Shown: in pieces, positions 38,544 through 46,864 of the stretch
How positions within the stretch are numbered: the first letter of the stretch is position 1
How the letters are laid out: the number at the start of each line of letters is the position of its first letter
Source: Acidobacteriota bacterium
Lineage (GTDB): Bacteria; Acidobacteriota; UBA6911; RPQK01; JAJDTT01
Direction: 5' to 3'
Assembly: GCA_965263035.1 (NCBI GenBank)
Contig: OZ253580.1
Coordinates: forward strand, 3,328,001-3,392,000
Length of the DNA: 64,000 nucleotides
Notes under the pieces: model-generated
Seen by the model: the letters and a program-made list of their open reading frames with translations, nothing else
The model's database searches: none
What the model was told of the DNA's origin: nothing
Translations under genes and position numbers: made by a program

Positions 38544-38624
38544 GGGCGGCCACAAGGGCCGCCCCTACGGTCCCTATCCGGCTCATCGTGGCGGCAACGG
38601 TAGGGGCACCTCTTGTGGGTGCCC
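38544..38624. repeat. Inverted doublet of GTAG-type REP elements
   Basis: GTAGGGGCGGCCCTTGTGGCCGCCC (minus, 38544-38568) and GTAGGGGCACCTCTTGTGGGTGCCC (plus, 38600-38624). Confidence 0.75.
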
Positions 38625-38703
38625 TCGTTGACAATCTGGCGGGATCTCCCATACCACATGGGGCCGGGGTGCTCGGATCAGCGTCATGCAGTTCGCCCCG
38701 CCA

Positions 38704-39981
38704 TCAGGGCAAATTCTCCAGGCGCCAGAACCGGCCCCGGAGGATCCGGTCCTTCTTGTAGGTGCAGAAGGTCAGGAACCGGTTCTTGGCGATCTGGATG
38801 GTCGCCGGCACCGAGGCGCTGTAGTGGTCCGCCTTGCCCACGTCCCGGTACCCCGGAACCACCGCGAACTTCTTGGCCTTCGCCGGTGAGGAGGTGCCCT
38901 CTTCGGTGCCGTCGATCCAAGTCTTCCCTCCGTTCAGACTGATTCGGAGCACTTGGTCGCCATGACTCTTTCGTTGTCCCGGATCCTGACCCGCGGTGCC
39001 GGCCAGGATCAACCAGTCCTCCTCCGTCCAGACCATGGACCAGCGGTAGCTGCCGAACCCGAACAGGCCGCCGGGCACTTCCCGGAAGGATCGGCCGCCG
39101 TCGGTCGATTCCAGCAGGATGCCATTCTTGTAGGCCCAGTCGGGCATGTAGTTGGGCGGCGTCATGTCCATGGCGCTTAGCTTCCGGATCGCCTGAAGAT
39201 CCTCCCCCGGCAGGGCTTTCCTCTGGATTCGGGTGGCCGCGAAGATGTGGTCCGGGTCGTTGGGATCCACGGCGTAGGCGGTCTCGGTGGCGTGCTGGTG
39301 GACGATGGTGGGATCTCCCCAGGTCCGGCCTCCGTCCTGCGTGCGAACCATCACGTCACGGACACCCGGGCGCGTCTGATCCGTCTGGGAGTAATCCTCC
39401 CAATCGTCGTAGCGCATGCTGAGGGAGAAGAAGGCGCTCCCGTCGGGCCGTTCCACGAAATTGGGGTGGCACCAGGCGATATCGATGGACGTATAGGGGT
39501 CCGCCTCGGGGTCGGGAGCAAAACGGCCCTGGTCGAGATCCTGCGTCTCCCAGGTCCGGCCACCGTCCGTGGAGATGGAAAAGAAGCCCCGCCTGTCGGT
39601 GGACTTGATCGACTCGCCGTCGACAATTCGGTAGGGGGCGGCCTGGTGGACCAGCCAGAGACTGCCGTCCCGGGCGGCGTGAAAACCTCCCAGATGCTGT
39701 CCGGGCGGGACATCGGAGAGCGTCACGGGAAGGGTCTCCCAGGTGCGGCCCTGATCCGTGCTTCGAAAGAGGCCCGGTTCGGGTTCGCCGGTGTTGAGCC
39801 AGATGGCGCCGTCCGGTCCCCGAACCACGTTCTGGGCGCTTAGACGGGCGCTAGCCGAAGCGAGGATCACTTCGTCTTCGATGAAGAGCTGGACGTCCGC
39901 CAGGCTTCCCCCCTCCGGAGCAGCGCAGCCCGTCAGGGCGAAGGCCAAGAGTATGATCATGGAGTCGAGTCGTCTTGACAT
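38704..39981 (-). CDS. BNR/sialidase-like lipoprotein, tandem paralog C
   Basis: Lipobox LTGC; Asp-box repeats. Confidence 0.8.
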   Translation of the reverse strand: MSRRLDSMIILLAFALTGCAAPEGGSLADVQLFIEDEVILASASARLSAQNVVRGPDGAIWLNTGEPEPGLFRSTDQGRTWETLPVTLSDVPPGQHLGGFHAARDGSLWLVHQAAPYRIVDGESIKSTDRRGFFSISTDGGRTWETQDLDQGRFAPDPEADPYTSIDIAWCHPNFVERPDGSAFFSLSMRYDDWEDYSQTDQTRPGVRDVMVRTQDGGRTWGDPTIVHQHATETAYAVDPNDPDHIFAATRIQRKALPGEDLQAIRKLSAMDMTPPNYMPDWAYKNGILLESTDGGRSFREVPGGLFGFGSYRWSMVWTEEDWLILAGTAGQDPGQRKSHGDQVLRISLNGGKTWIDGTEEGTSSPAKAKKFAVVPGYRDVGKADHYSASVPATIQIAKNRFLTFCTYKKDRILRGRFWRLENLP

Positions 39982-40101
39982 GAGCTGTCTTCCCCTGTTT
40001 CGAATCGGTACCGGGTCTGCCGCCGTCGGCGAGTTTCCTCTATGATGAGGGCAATTGTCTGGACGTATTTCTCTCGTTTAAAGTTGATTGAGGAGATTCT
40101 G

Positions 40102-41637
40102 ATGCAATTGCCGCGGAAAACCAAATCCGGGATCATCCTGCTGGGATGCGTTCTCGCCGGCTGGGTCACGGCTGCGGCCGGATCCGAGCTGGACGTGGGG
40201 CAGAGCCGGCAACTGTTCATCGACGACTACATCATCGAGTCTTTGGACGGTGTCACCAAGACACTGAACCAGCCGGTCAAGTACGGGGCCAACCCGGTGC
40301 TGCCCATGGTTCCCGAGGGCGATCCGTCCTGGGAAGCGGGAATGCACTTCTGCTTCACCACCATCCTCTTCGACGAGGCGGACGGGCTCTACAAGATGTG
40401 GTACAGCCTCTGGGGGGAGAAAGACCAGTCGATGATTCTGGCCTACGCCCACAGCCGGGACGGAATTCGATGGGTGAAGCCCTCCCTCGGCATCGTCGAG
40501 CATCGGGGCAGCCGGGACAACAACATCATCATGGATCGGGACGGGCTGGAAACCGGCGTCTTCATCGATCCCCGCGAGACCGATCCTGCCAGACGGTTCA
40601 AGATGCTCTACCAGGGTATCCGGGCCGCCTATTCGGCGGACGGCCTCCATTGGACGGACTACAACGGCGGGGAAAAAGTCATCTTCCACGCGCCGGGGCA
40701 CGACAGCCAGCCGGTGCCCTACTGGGACGGCCGGCTGGGCAAGTACGTGGCCATCATCCGGGACCGCACCGGCATGATCAAAGAGGTGCGCAAGAAGATG
40801 GTCACCGATCCCTGGGCTCGCCGGGTCTACGCCCAGCTCTGGGGAGGGCTCAAGAAGGACCGGGTTCCCGAGAACCACAGCCTGCGCCGGGTCGGCCAGG
40901 TGGAGAGCGACGACTTCGTCCACTGGTCTCCCATGCGAACGGTGGTGGGGGCCGACGACCGGGACCCGATGCACCGGGACCAGTTCTACAACATGCAGGT
41001 CATGCTCCACGACGAGTTGCGGATCGGCTTGATGACCGTGTTCAGCTACGGTTACGAGCGTCCCCGGGGACCGGTCCAGTTGACCTACAGCCGCGACGGC
41101 CTGAACTGGCATCGAGGCGGCGGCCGGGAGGTCTTCCTGCCCACCTCCGAGCGGCCGGGCGACTTCGACTGGGGGTTCATCTGGCCGGTGCAGGGGCCGC
41201 TGGTCCGGGATGACGAGATCTGGATCTACTACGTGGGGTGGGGCGCCGACCACAATTCAGTGCCCCCGGACGGTTTTTCGGGGTTCAAGAGCGGCGTCGC
41301 GCTGTCGAAGTTGCGCCTGGACGGTTTCGTCTCCGTCGACGCCGGAGCCGGGGGAGGCGTCCTGACCACCAAGCCCTTCCGCTTTCGGGGAGGGGAACTG
41401 CTGATCAATGCCGATGCGGGGTCGGGCCGGGTCCAGGTCGAGATTCTCTCCGCGGACGGCAGTGCGCTGGAAAATTTCGGCAAGGATAATTGCGACGCTC
41501 TGGAATCGGACGCCGTCCGCCACCGGGTGACCTGGAACGGGCAGGGCAATCTGAAGGACCTGGAGGGCCAGCCGGTCCGACTGAAGTTCCATCTACGGAA
41601 CGCCAAGCTTTTCTCGTTCGGTTTTCGAGATCGATAG
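40102..41637 (+). CDS. Secreted glycoside-hydrolase-like beta-propeller protein
   Basis: GAGGAG RBS; QLFIDD, YAHSRDGIRWVKP, LRLDGFVS...LFSFGF. Confidence 0.7.
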   Translation: MQLPRKTKSGIILLGCVLAGWVTAAAGSELDVGQSRQLFIDDYIIESLDGVTKTLNQPVKYGANPVLPMVPEGDPSWEAGMHFCFTTILFDEADGLYKMWYSLWGEKDQSMILAYAHSRDGIRWVKPSLGIVEHRGSRDNNIIMDRDGLETGVFIDPRETDPARRFKMLYQGIRAAYSADGLHWTDYNGGEKVIFHAPGHDSQPVPYWDGRLGKYVAIIRDRTGMIKEVRKKMVTDPWARRVYAQLWGGLKKDRVPENHSLRRVGQVESDDFVHWSPMRTVVGADDRDPMHRDQFYNMQVMLHDELRIGLMTVFSYGYERPRGPVQLTYSRDGLNWHRGGGREVFLPTSERPGDFDWGFIWPVQGPLVRDDEIWIYYVGWGADHNSVPPDGFSGFKSGVALSKLRLDGFVSVDAGAGGGVLTTKPFRFRGGELLINADAGSGRVQVEILSADGSALENFGKDNCDALESDAVRHRVTWNGQGNLKDLEGQPVRLKFHLRNAKLFSFGFRDR

Positions 41638-41651
41638 TGGAGGGTTGGACG

Positions 41652-42863
41652 ATGACACGGAAACTGGAATGGATTGGGGTCGTCGTTTTGGCGTGGGGCG
41701 CCTCCTGCGCTCCGACTGAATTCGCTCCCCGAGCGAAGGTCGAGATCGAGGCGGAGGTAATGGTGGACCCCGTAGAATCGGGACTGGAACGTTCCATGCT
41801 GGGCATGGTCACCCACCCGGACGGGAGCATCTACCTGAACACCCAAACCCAGCAGAGGCTCTACAAGAGCACCGATCAGGGGAGAAGCTGGACCCGGTTG
41901 CCGGTAAATCTTCCGGAGGCGCCTCCCGATCAGGTTCAACACGGACTCTTTGTCAGCCGCGATGGCCGTCTCTGGCTGATGCATCAGTCTCCTGGCGGCA
42001 AGGACCTGTTCGTCTCCGTCTCGAGCGACTCGGGGAGCACCTGGAAGACCACGTCCATCGAATTCGGACAGTTCTCACCGGGCGGATCCGAGGACCCCTA
42101 TGTCCTCTGCGCAAACGACTACAACACCTTCTTCCAGGAGGCGGACGGCACCGTGGTGCTGGGGGTGGGGCTGCGCTACGCGGACCATAGAGACTACCAG
42201 CAGGAGGACCGGTCGCGGCCGGGATTCCACGAGACTCTGATCCGTTCCCGAGACGAAGGAGCGAGCTGGGGCGATCCCACCGAAGTCCACCAGCACGTCG
42301 CCGAAACCGGCTACGCCGTGGACCCCGACGACTCGATGCGCGTCCTGGCCATGACGCGGATCCAGAGGCCTCCGTTTCCGGGAGAAGACGTGGCGGCGAT
42401 GTCGAAGCGTAGCGGAGCTCCTCCGGGGGCCACGGCCATCTACAAACAGGGAATACTCCTCGAATCCAGCGACGGCGGACGGACCTTCCAGGAGGTGCCG
42501 GGAAGCCTGAATGAATACTACGGGCACCGGGGGACCATCCTCTGGACCCCGGGCAACGTGGTCGTGATCACCCACCAGGGAGGGGTCCCTGGCAAGAGCG
42601 CCCCCGACGGCACGCTGCTGGCTCGGATCAGCCTGGACGGGGGACGGACCTGGTTGGACGGAACCGAGTCGGGAACACCCTCCATGGCCGACTCCACCCG
42701 CTTCCTGCTGGTGCCCCGTCCTCCCGGCCACTCCTATACGGCTCCGACGGTGGAACTGGAGCCGGACCACTTCCTGACCGTCTACAACACCCAGCATCCG
42801 GGCTGGGAGAGCCGGGCCGTCAACGGCGTCTTCTGGCGCCTGGTCCGGTCGTCGGCGAAATGA
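41652..42863 (+). CDS. BNR/sialidase-like lipoprotein (distant relative of paralogs A-C)
   Basis: Lipobox GASC; WGDPT.VHQH.AET.YAVDP, TRIQR, GILLES.DGGR shared with A-C. Confidence 0.8.
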   Translation: MTRKLEWIGVVVLAWGASCAPTEFAPRAKVEIEAEVMVDPVESGLERSMLGMVTHPDGSIYLNTQTQQRLYKSTDQGRSWTRLPVNLPEAPPDQVQHGLFVSRDGRLWLMHQSPGGKDLFVSVSSDSGSTWKTTSIEFGQFSPGGSEDPYVLCANDYNTFFQEADGTVVLGVGLRYADHRDYQQEDRSRPGFHETLIRSRDEGASWGDPTEVHQHVAETGYAVDPDDSMRVLAMTRIQRPPFPGEDVAAMSKRSGAPPGATAIYKQGILLESSDGGRTFQEVPGSLNEYYGHRGTILWTPGNVVVITHQGGVPGKSAPDGTLLARISLDGGRTWLDGTESGTPSMADSTRFLLVPRPPGHSYTAPTVELEPDHFLTVYNTQHPGWESRAVNGVFWRLVRSSAK

Positions 42864-42890
42864 ACGGAGAACCGGGCAACGAGCCGTGAA

Positions 42891-45800
42891 CTAAGGCTTC
42901 TTCCCGACAGGCTCTTGCACCACAAGCAGGCGCCCGGCCGGGACGTTCTCCAGGATCTGTTCGGCGCCGCCGGGCCAGCGGATCTCCAGACGGTCTACGC
43001 GGGTCGAGTCGCCCAGGCCGAAGGTCAGACGGGGGTCGCTCTGGGAGAGGTAGCTGGAGCCGGTTCGTCGATAGCGCCGTTGGGTTGTGGAGCCTGTCTT
43101 CACCGTGACCAGCGTCCCCACACCGTCCCGGTTGGAGGTCTTTCCGACGAGCCGGATCTGGATCCAGTGGTTTCGGTTTCCCCCCTGGTTGCGTAGTAGA
43201 TGCGCCGGGCCTGCGTTTTCCGTCACGACCAGATCCAGGTCCCCGTCGTTGTCATAGTCGATGGCAGCGGCGCCGCGGCCGGCATAGGCTTGATCCAGAG
43301 CCGGACCCGCCTCCCCTCCCATGGGCAGGAAGCGACCGTCCGTCTGGTTGCGGAACAGGAGCGGCCGCTGCCGGTAGGTCAGCCGGGTCTGAACCGTCTC
43401 CACCAGGTCATCGATATGACCGTTGACCGCCAGCAGGTCCTGCCAGCCGTCCAGGTCATAGTCCAGGAAAAGGAGTCCGAAGCCCAGGGAGAATAGGCTG
43501 GGCTGTCCGATGCCGGCCGGGACGGCCTGATCGGTGAAGGCCAGGCCGCTGCTGAAGCGGTAATATCCGATCCCCTCGAAGGAGAAGTTGGTGACGGCCA
43601 CCGCCCCTCGGCCGTTGTTGTCGGCGTCGGCCACGTCGACTCCCATGCCGGCCCGGGCCTGGCCCGCTTCGGAGAAGCCGAACCCGCTGCGCGTCCCCAC
43701 CTCCTCGAAGCGGAACCCGCCCCGGTTCAGGTAGATCTTGTCGGGCTGGGTATCCTCGGCCACCACCAGATCCAGCAGTCCGTTCCCGTCGAAATCCCAA
43801 AGAGCCACTCCCAATGCCTTGCCCGACGGGTTGAACAGCCCCGACTCCGGGGTAACGTCCCGGAAACGCCCCTCGCCCAGGTTGCGAAAGAGGCGGGAGG
43901 TGTCGCCGGCAAAGATCTCGGGAGTGCAGTAGTGCTTGGCCCCGGGTCCGTAGCCGCACCACTGATCCTGGGAGGGGCTCCAGCGGACGTAGTTGGTCAC
44001 GAAGAGGTCGAGCTTGCCGTCGTTGTCCGCGTCCAGCCAGGCGGCGCTGGCCCCCCAGGAGGGATCTCCCACGCCGGCCTCAACCGTGACATTGGAAAAA
44101 GTCCCGTCGCCGTTGTTCCGGTAGAGCCGGTTCACACCCAAAATCGTCACGTAGAGGTCCGGAAAGCCGTCGTTGTCATAGTCTCCGGCAGCCGCCCCCA
44201 TGCCGTAGGCGTGAATTCCCAGTCCGGCCTCCCGGGTCACGTCGGCGAAGGTGCCGTCGCCCCGGTTGCGGTAGAGGACGGAGCCGACCCCCTCGGGCGT
44301 CCCGCCTTCCAGGCGCCACCCGTTGACGAAAAAGAGGTCCATCCACCCGTCCTGATCGAAGTCGAAGACCGCCAATCCCGATCCCATGGTCTCGGGCAGG
44401 TACCGCTTTCCCGTCTCCCCCTTGAAATGCCGGAAGCGAATGCCCGCCTCTTCGGTCACGTCGTCGAACCGGACGGGAGCGGGTTCGGCGTGAGCCAGGG
44501 CGGTCGCCGGCACCCTGAGCCACCCCAGGATGGGGGCTCTGGTTCTCACCCGGAATGCGGAGATCACACCGTACAATCCTTGCCGCAGCCATCCAAGGAG
44601 TCTGTTGCTCAGCAGTCCGTGGTGAAAGTCGCGCGAGCACCGAGACCGTTCCTGCGCCCGCCGGACAAGGCGCGATGAGGGAGCATACCGGGAGTATGTG
44701 ACCGAGTCGCAACGCACGGCAAAGGCAGGACGCAGGGACGGTCGAATGCCGTGACGACTTTTGCCACGGGCTGTCAGGCCGACCCTCTTTTCCTCGCCGA
44801 GTGCGGCGGACGGATCTCCTCGGCCCCGATCCCGGACGAAGACGTCGACGGTTCCATTGTCATCACGAGGCACCAGGTTGAAGGCCTCCGACTCGAAGGC
44901 CACAAAGCGGCCGCCGGAGCTGATGGTGGGATCCAGGCTCGGGCCGTTGGTTTCCCGGCCTCCTTCGGTCAGGCTGGCCCGGGTGGTCGTTCCCGTTTTC
45001 CGGTCGTGAACGAAGATGTCCAGTGATCCGTTGTTGTCGCCCTCCACCAGGTTGGACGCAAAGGAGTGAAAGGCGATCCACCGGCCGTCGGCGCTGATGG
45101 CGGGGATTCCGCTGCTCCCGTTGGCCTCCCGGCCCTGGCTGTCGACGCTGATCCGGGTGGTCCCCCCCGTCTGGCGGTCATGCACGAAGACGTCGATGTC
45201 CTGGTTGGTGTCTCCGTCCACCAGGTTGGACGCATACGAGCCGAAAGCGACAAAGCGGCCGTCGGCGCTGAGACTGGGTGCCGAGTTGCCACCGTTGGCT
45301 TGACGGCCCCGGCTGTCGACGCTGATCCGGGTGGTCCCCCCCGTCTGGTGGTCATGCACGAAGACGTCCGACACCCGGTTGGTGTCGTCGTCCACCAGGT
45401 TGGAGGCGAGCGACTCGAAGGCCACGTACCGGCCCATGCTGCCCATGCTGGACCCGGCGCTGGAGCCGTTGGCCTGCCGGCCTTGGCTGTCGACGCTCAC
45501 CCGGGTGGTCTCCAGAGTCTGCCGGTCGTGGACGAAAACGTCTGTGGATTCGTTGCTGTCTCCGGCCACGAGATTGGAGGCGAGCGACTCGAAGCCCACG
45601 AATCGTCCGCCGGAACTGGGGCAGGGAACACCGCTGGCGCTATTGCCCTGGGCGCCGTCAGCGGCCAGGCTGACCCGCGTGGTCTTCCCCGATTGCCGGT
45701 CGCGGACGAAAACGTCCAGTGCTCCGTTGGTGTCTCCGGGCACCAAGTTGGATGCCATGGACTCAAAGGCGACGAAGCGGCCGTGGGCGCTGATTCTTGG

Positions 45801-46133
45801 AAACTGACTCAGACTGTTGCCCTGATTCCCCGCGCCGTCGATGCTGGCCCGGGTGGTTTCCCCCGTCTGGCGGTCATGCACGAAGACGTCCGACACCCAG
45901 TTGGTGTCGCCGTCCACCAGGTTGGAGGCGGTCGAACTGTAGACGGCGAAGCGGCCGGAGGCGCTGATGTGAGCGTGTTGACTGGGACCGTTTCCCCGGT
46001 TGGGTCCGTGGACGCTGACTCGGGTGGTGGTCTGCGCGGAAAGATCGGGGGCCAGCAGGATCAGTGGGAAGAGCAGCGAGAGATTGGTGAAAACGCCTGC
46101 CGTTTTCCGTGAGCGCCGTCCCGGTCTTCTCAC
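42891..46133 (-). CDS. TolB/PD40-like beta-propeller joined in-frame (through a MITE) to a CRTAC1/ASPIC-UnbV FG-GAP protein; may be two genes (internal GTG at 44567)
   Basis: Repeated ISADGRFVAF.S.ASNLV.GD.N..DVFVHDR; then RFDDVTEEAGI, DFDQDG repeats, SYLSQSD..L.FGLG. Confidence 0.75.
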   Translation of the reverse strand: MRRPGRRSRKTAGVFTNLSLLFPLILLAPDLSAQTTTRVSVHGPNRGNGPSQHAHISASGRFAVYSSTASNLVDGDTNWVSDVFVHDRQTGETTRASIDGAGNQGNSLSQFPRISAHGRFVAFESMASNLVPGDTNGALDVFVRDRQSGKTTRVSLAADGAQGNSASGVPCPSSGGRFVGFESLASNLVAGDSNESTDVFVHDRQTLETTRVSVDSQGRQANGSSAGSSMGSMGRYVAFESLASNLVDDDTNRVSDVFVHDHQTGGTTRISVDSRGRQANGGNSAPSLSADGRFVAFGSYASNLVDGDTNQDIDVFVHDRQTGGTTRISVDSQGREANGSSGIPAISADGRWIAFHSFASNLVEGDNNGSLDIFVHDRKTGTTTRASLTEGGRETNGPSLDPTISSGGRFVAFESEAFNLVPRDDNGTVDVFVRDRGRGDPSAALGEEKRVGLTARGKSRHGIRPSLRPAFAVRCDSVTYSRYAPSSRLVRRAQERSRCSRDFHHGLLSNRLLGWLRQGLYGVISAFRVRTRAPILGWLRVPATALAHAEPAPVRFDDVTEEAGIRFRHFKGETGKRYLPETMGSGLAVFDFDQDGWMDLFFVNGWRLEGGTPEGVGSVLYRNRGDGTFADVTREAGLGIHAYGMGAAAGDYDNDGFPDLYVTILGVNRLYRNNGDGTFSNVTVEAGVGDPSWGASAAWLDADNDGKLDLFVTNYVRWSPSQDQWCGYGPGAKHYCTPEIFAGDTSRLFRNLGEGRFRDVTPESGLFNPSGKALGVALWDFDGNGLLDLVVAEDTQPDKIYLNRGGFRFEEVGTRSGFGFSEAGQARAGMGVDVADADNNGRGAVAVTNFSFEGIGYYRFSSGLAFTDQAVPAGIGQPSLFSLGFGLLFLDYDLDGWQDLLAVNGHIDDLVETVQTRLTYRQRPLLFRNQTDGRFLPMGGEAGPALDQAYAGRGAAAIDYDNDGDLDLVVTENAGPAHLLRNQGGNRNHWIQIRLVGKTSNRDGVGTLVTVKTGSTTQRRYRRTGSSYLSQSDPRLTFGLGDSTRVDRLEIRWPGGAEQILENVPAGRLLVVQEPVGKKP
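44613..44773 (-). mobile_element. MITE (161 bp) with imperfect 19-bp TIRs and TCAG target-site duplication
   Basis: CAGTCCGTGGTGAAAGTCG ... CGACTTTTGCCACGGGCTG flanked by TCAG on both sides; second copy at 53237-53391. Confidence 0.8.
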
Positions 46134-46143
46134 GATTCCGCCA

Positions 46144-46614
46144 TCATCCGCCCCGACGGAGATTCCGGATCGATCGAGACTTCACCCTGTCGATGAACTG
46201 TTTCCAGACCGGATAGTCCGCAGGATTCCAAATCGAAGCGATATGTGCACGGGCGTCTTCCCAGGACCAGTCCAGGTCTTGCATGGCATGGAGAGCGTAG
46301 AAAGCGCTGACCCGGTAGTTTGCCGCGCAATGGATCAGAATCTTCTTGTCCCCGGCGTTCTCCATGACGCGTCTGAAGAGGCGGAAGTCCGCTTCCGCCG
46401 GGTTCCCGAAGTCTACTGGAATGTAATGGTATTCCAACCCCTGAGCCTCGATAATTTCACATTCGTTGGGGACCGCCACCTCGGATGAGTCCGGCAACAG
46501 GTTGACCACCGCATCGAATCCATCCGCCCTGAGACGGCGGAGGCGGTCTTCGGACACCGATCCGGCGGTCGCGATGCGCTCGCTGATCTCGTGGTAGTTG
46601 ACGGCGCCTTCCAT
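46144..46614 (-). CDS. DUF442/protein-tyrosine-phosphatase-like protein
   Basis: VVNL, YHYIPVDF, LIHCAANYRVS. Confidence 0.8.
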   Translation of the reverse strand: MEGAVNYHEISERIATAGSVSEDRLRRLRADGFDAVVNLLPDSSEVAVPNECEIIEAQGLEYHYIPVDFGNPAEADFRLFRRVMENAGDKKILIHCAANYRVSAFYALHAMQDLDWSWEDARAHIASIWNPADYPVWKQFIDRVKSRSIRNLRRGG

Positions 46615-46864
46615 TCCCAGGGTTTCTCCTCAATTCGGATGCTGGTAGTCTCGAATCAGAGTCATTCCGACCGAGGAGCCTGCGCGGCAGAAATTGATCT
46701 ACTGCGAAAGCGGTAGAATCGGTCCATATTTCCTCGATTTCTCGGCGAATAGAACAACTATGCACCTCCAAATCGAGAAAATCTGGCCTCGATTCCCCAC
46801 TTTCTCGCTACGATCATTTCTACCGCGCAGACTCCGAGCCTGCAGAAAAGAAACGGAGCGTGAG

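Noticed and set aside
38515-38652. N-terminal extension of paralog B
   Set aside because: Translation of the GTAG REP doublet; paralog C defines the true start.
35943-39981. Diversity-generating retroelement explanation for the near-identical repeats
   Set aside because: Whole genes are duplicated, differences do not appear adenine-specific, and no RT gene is present.
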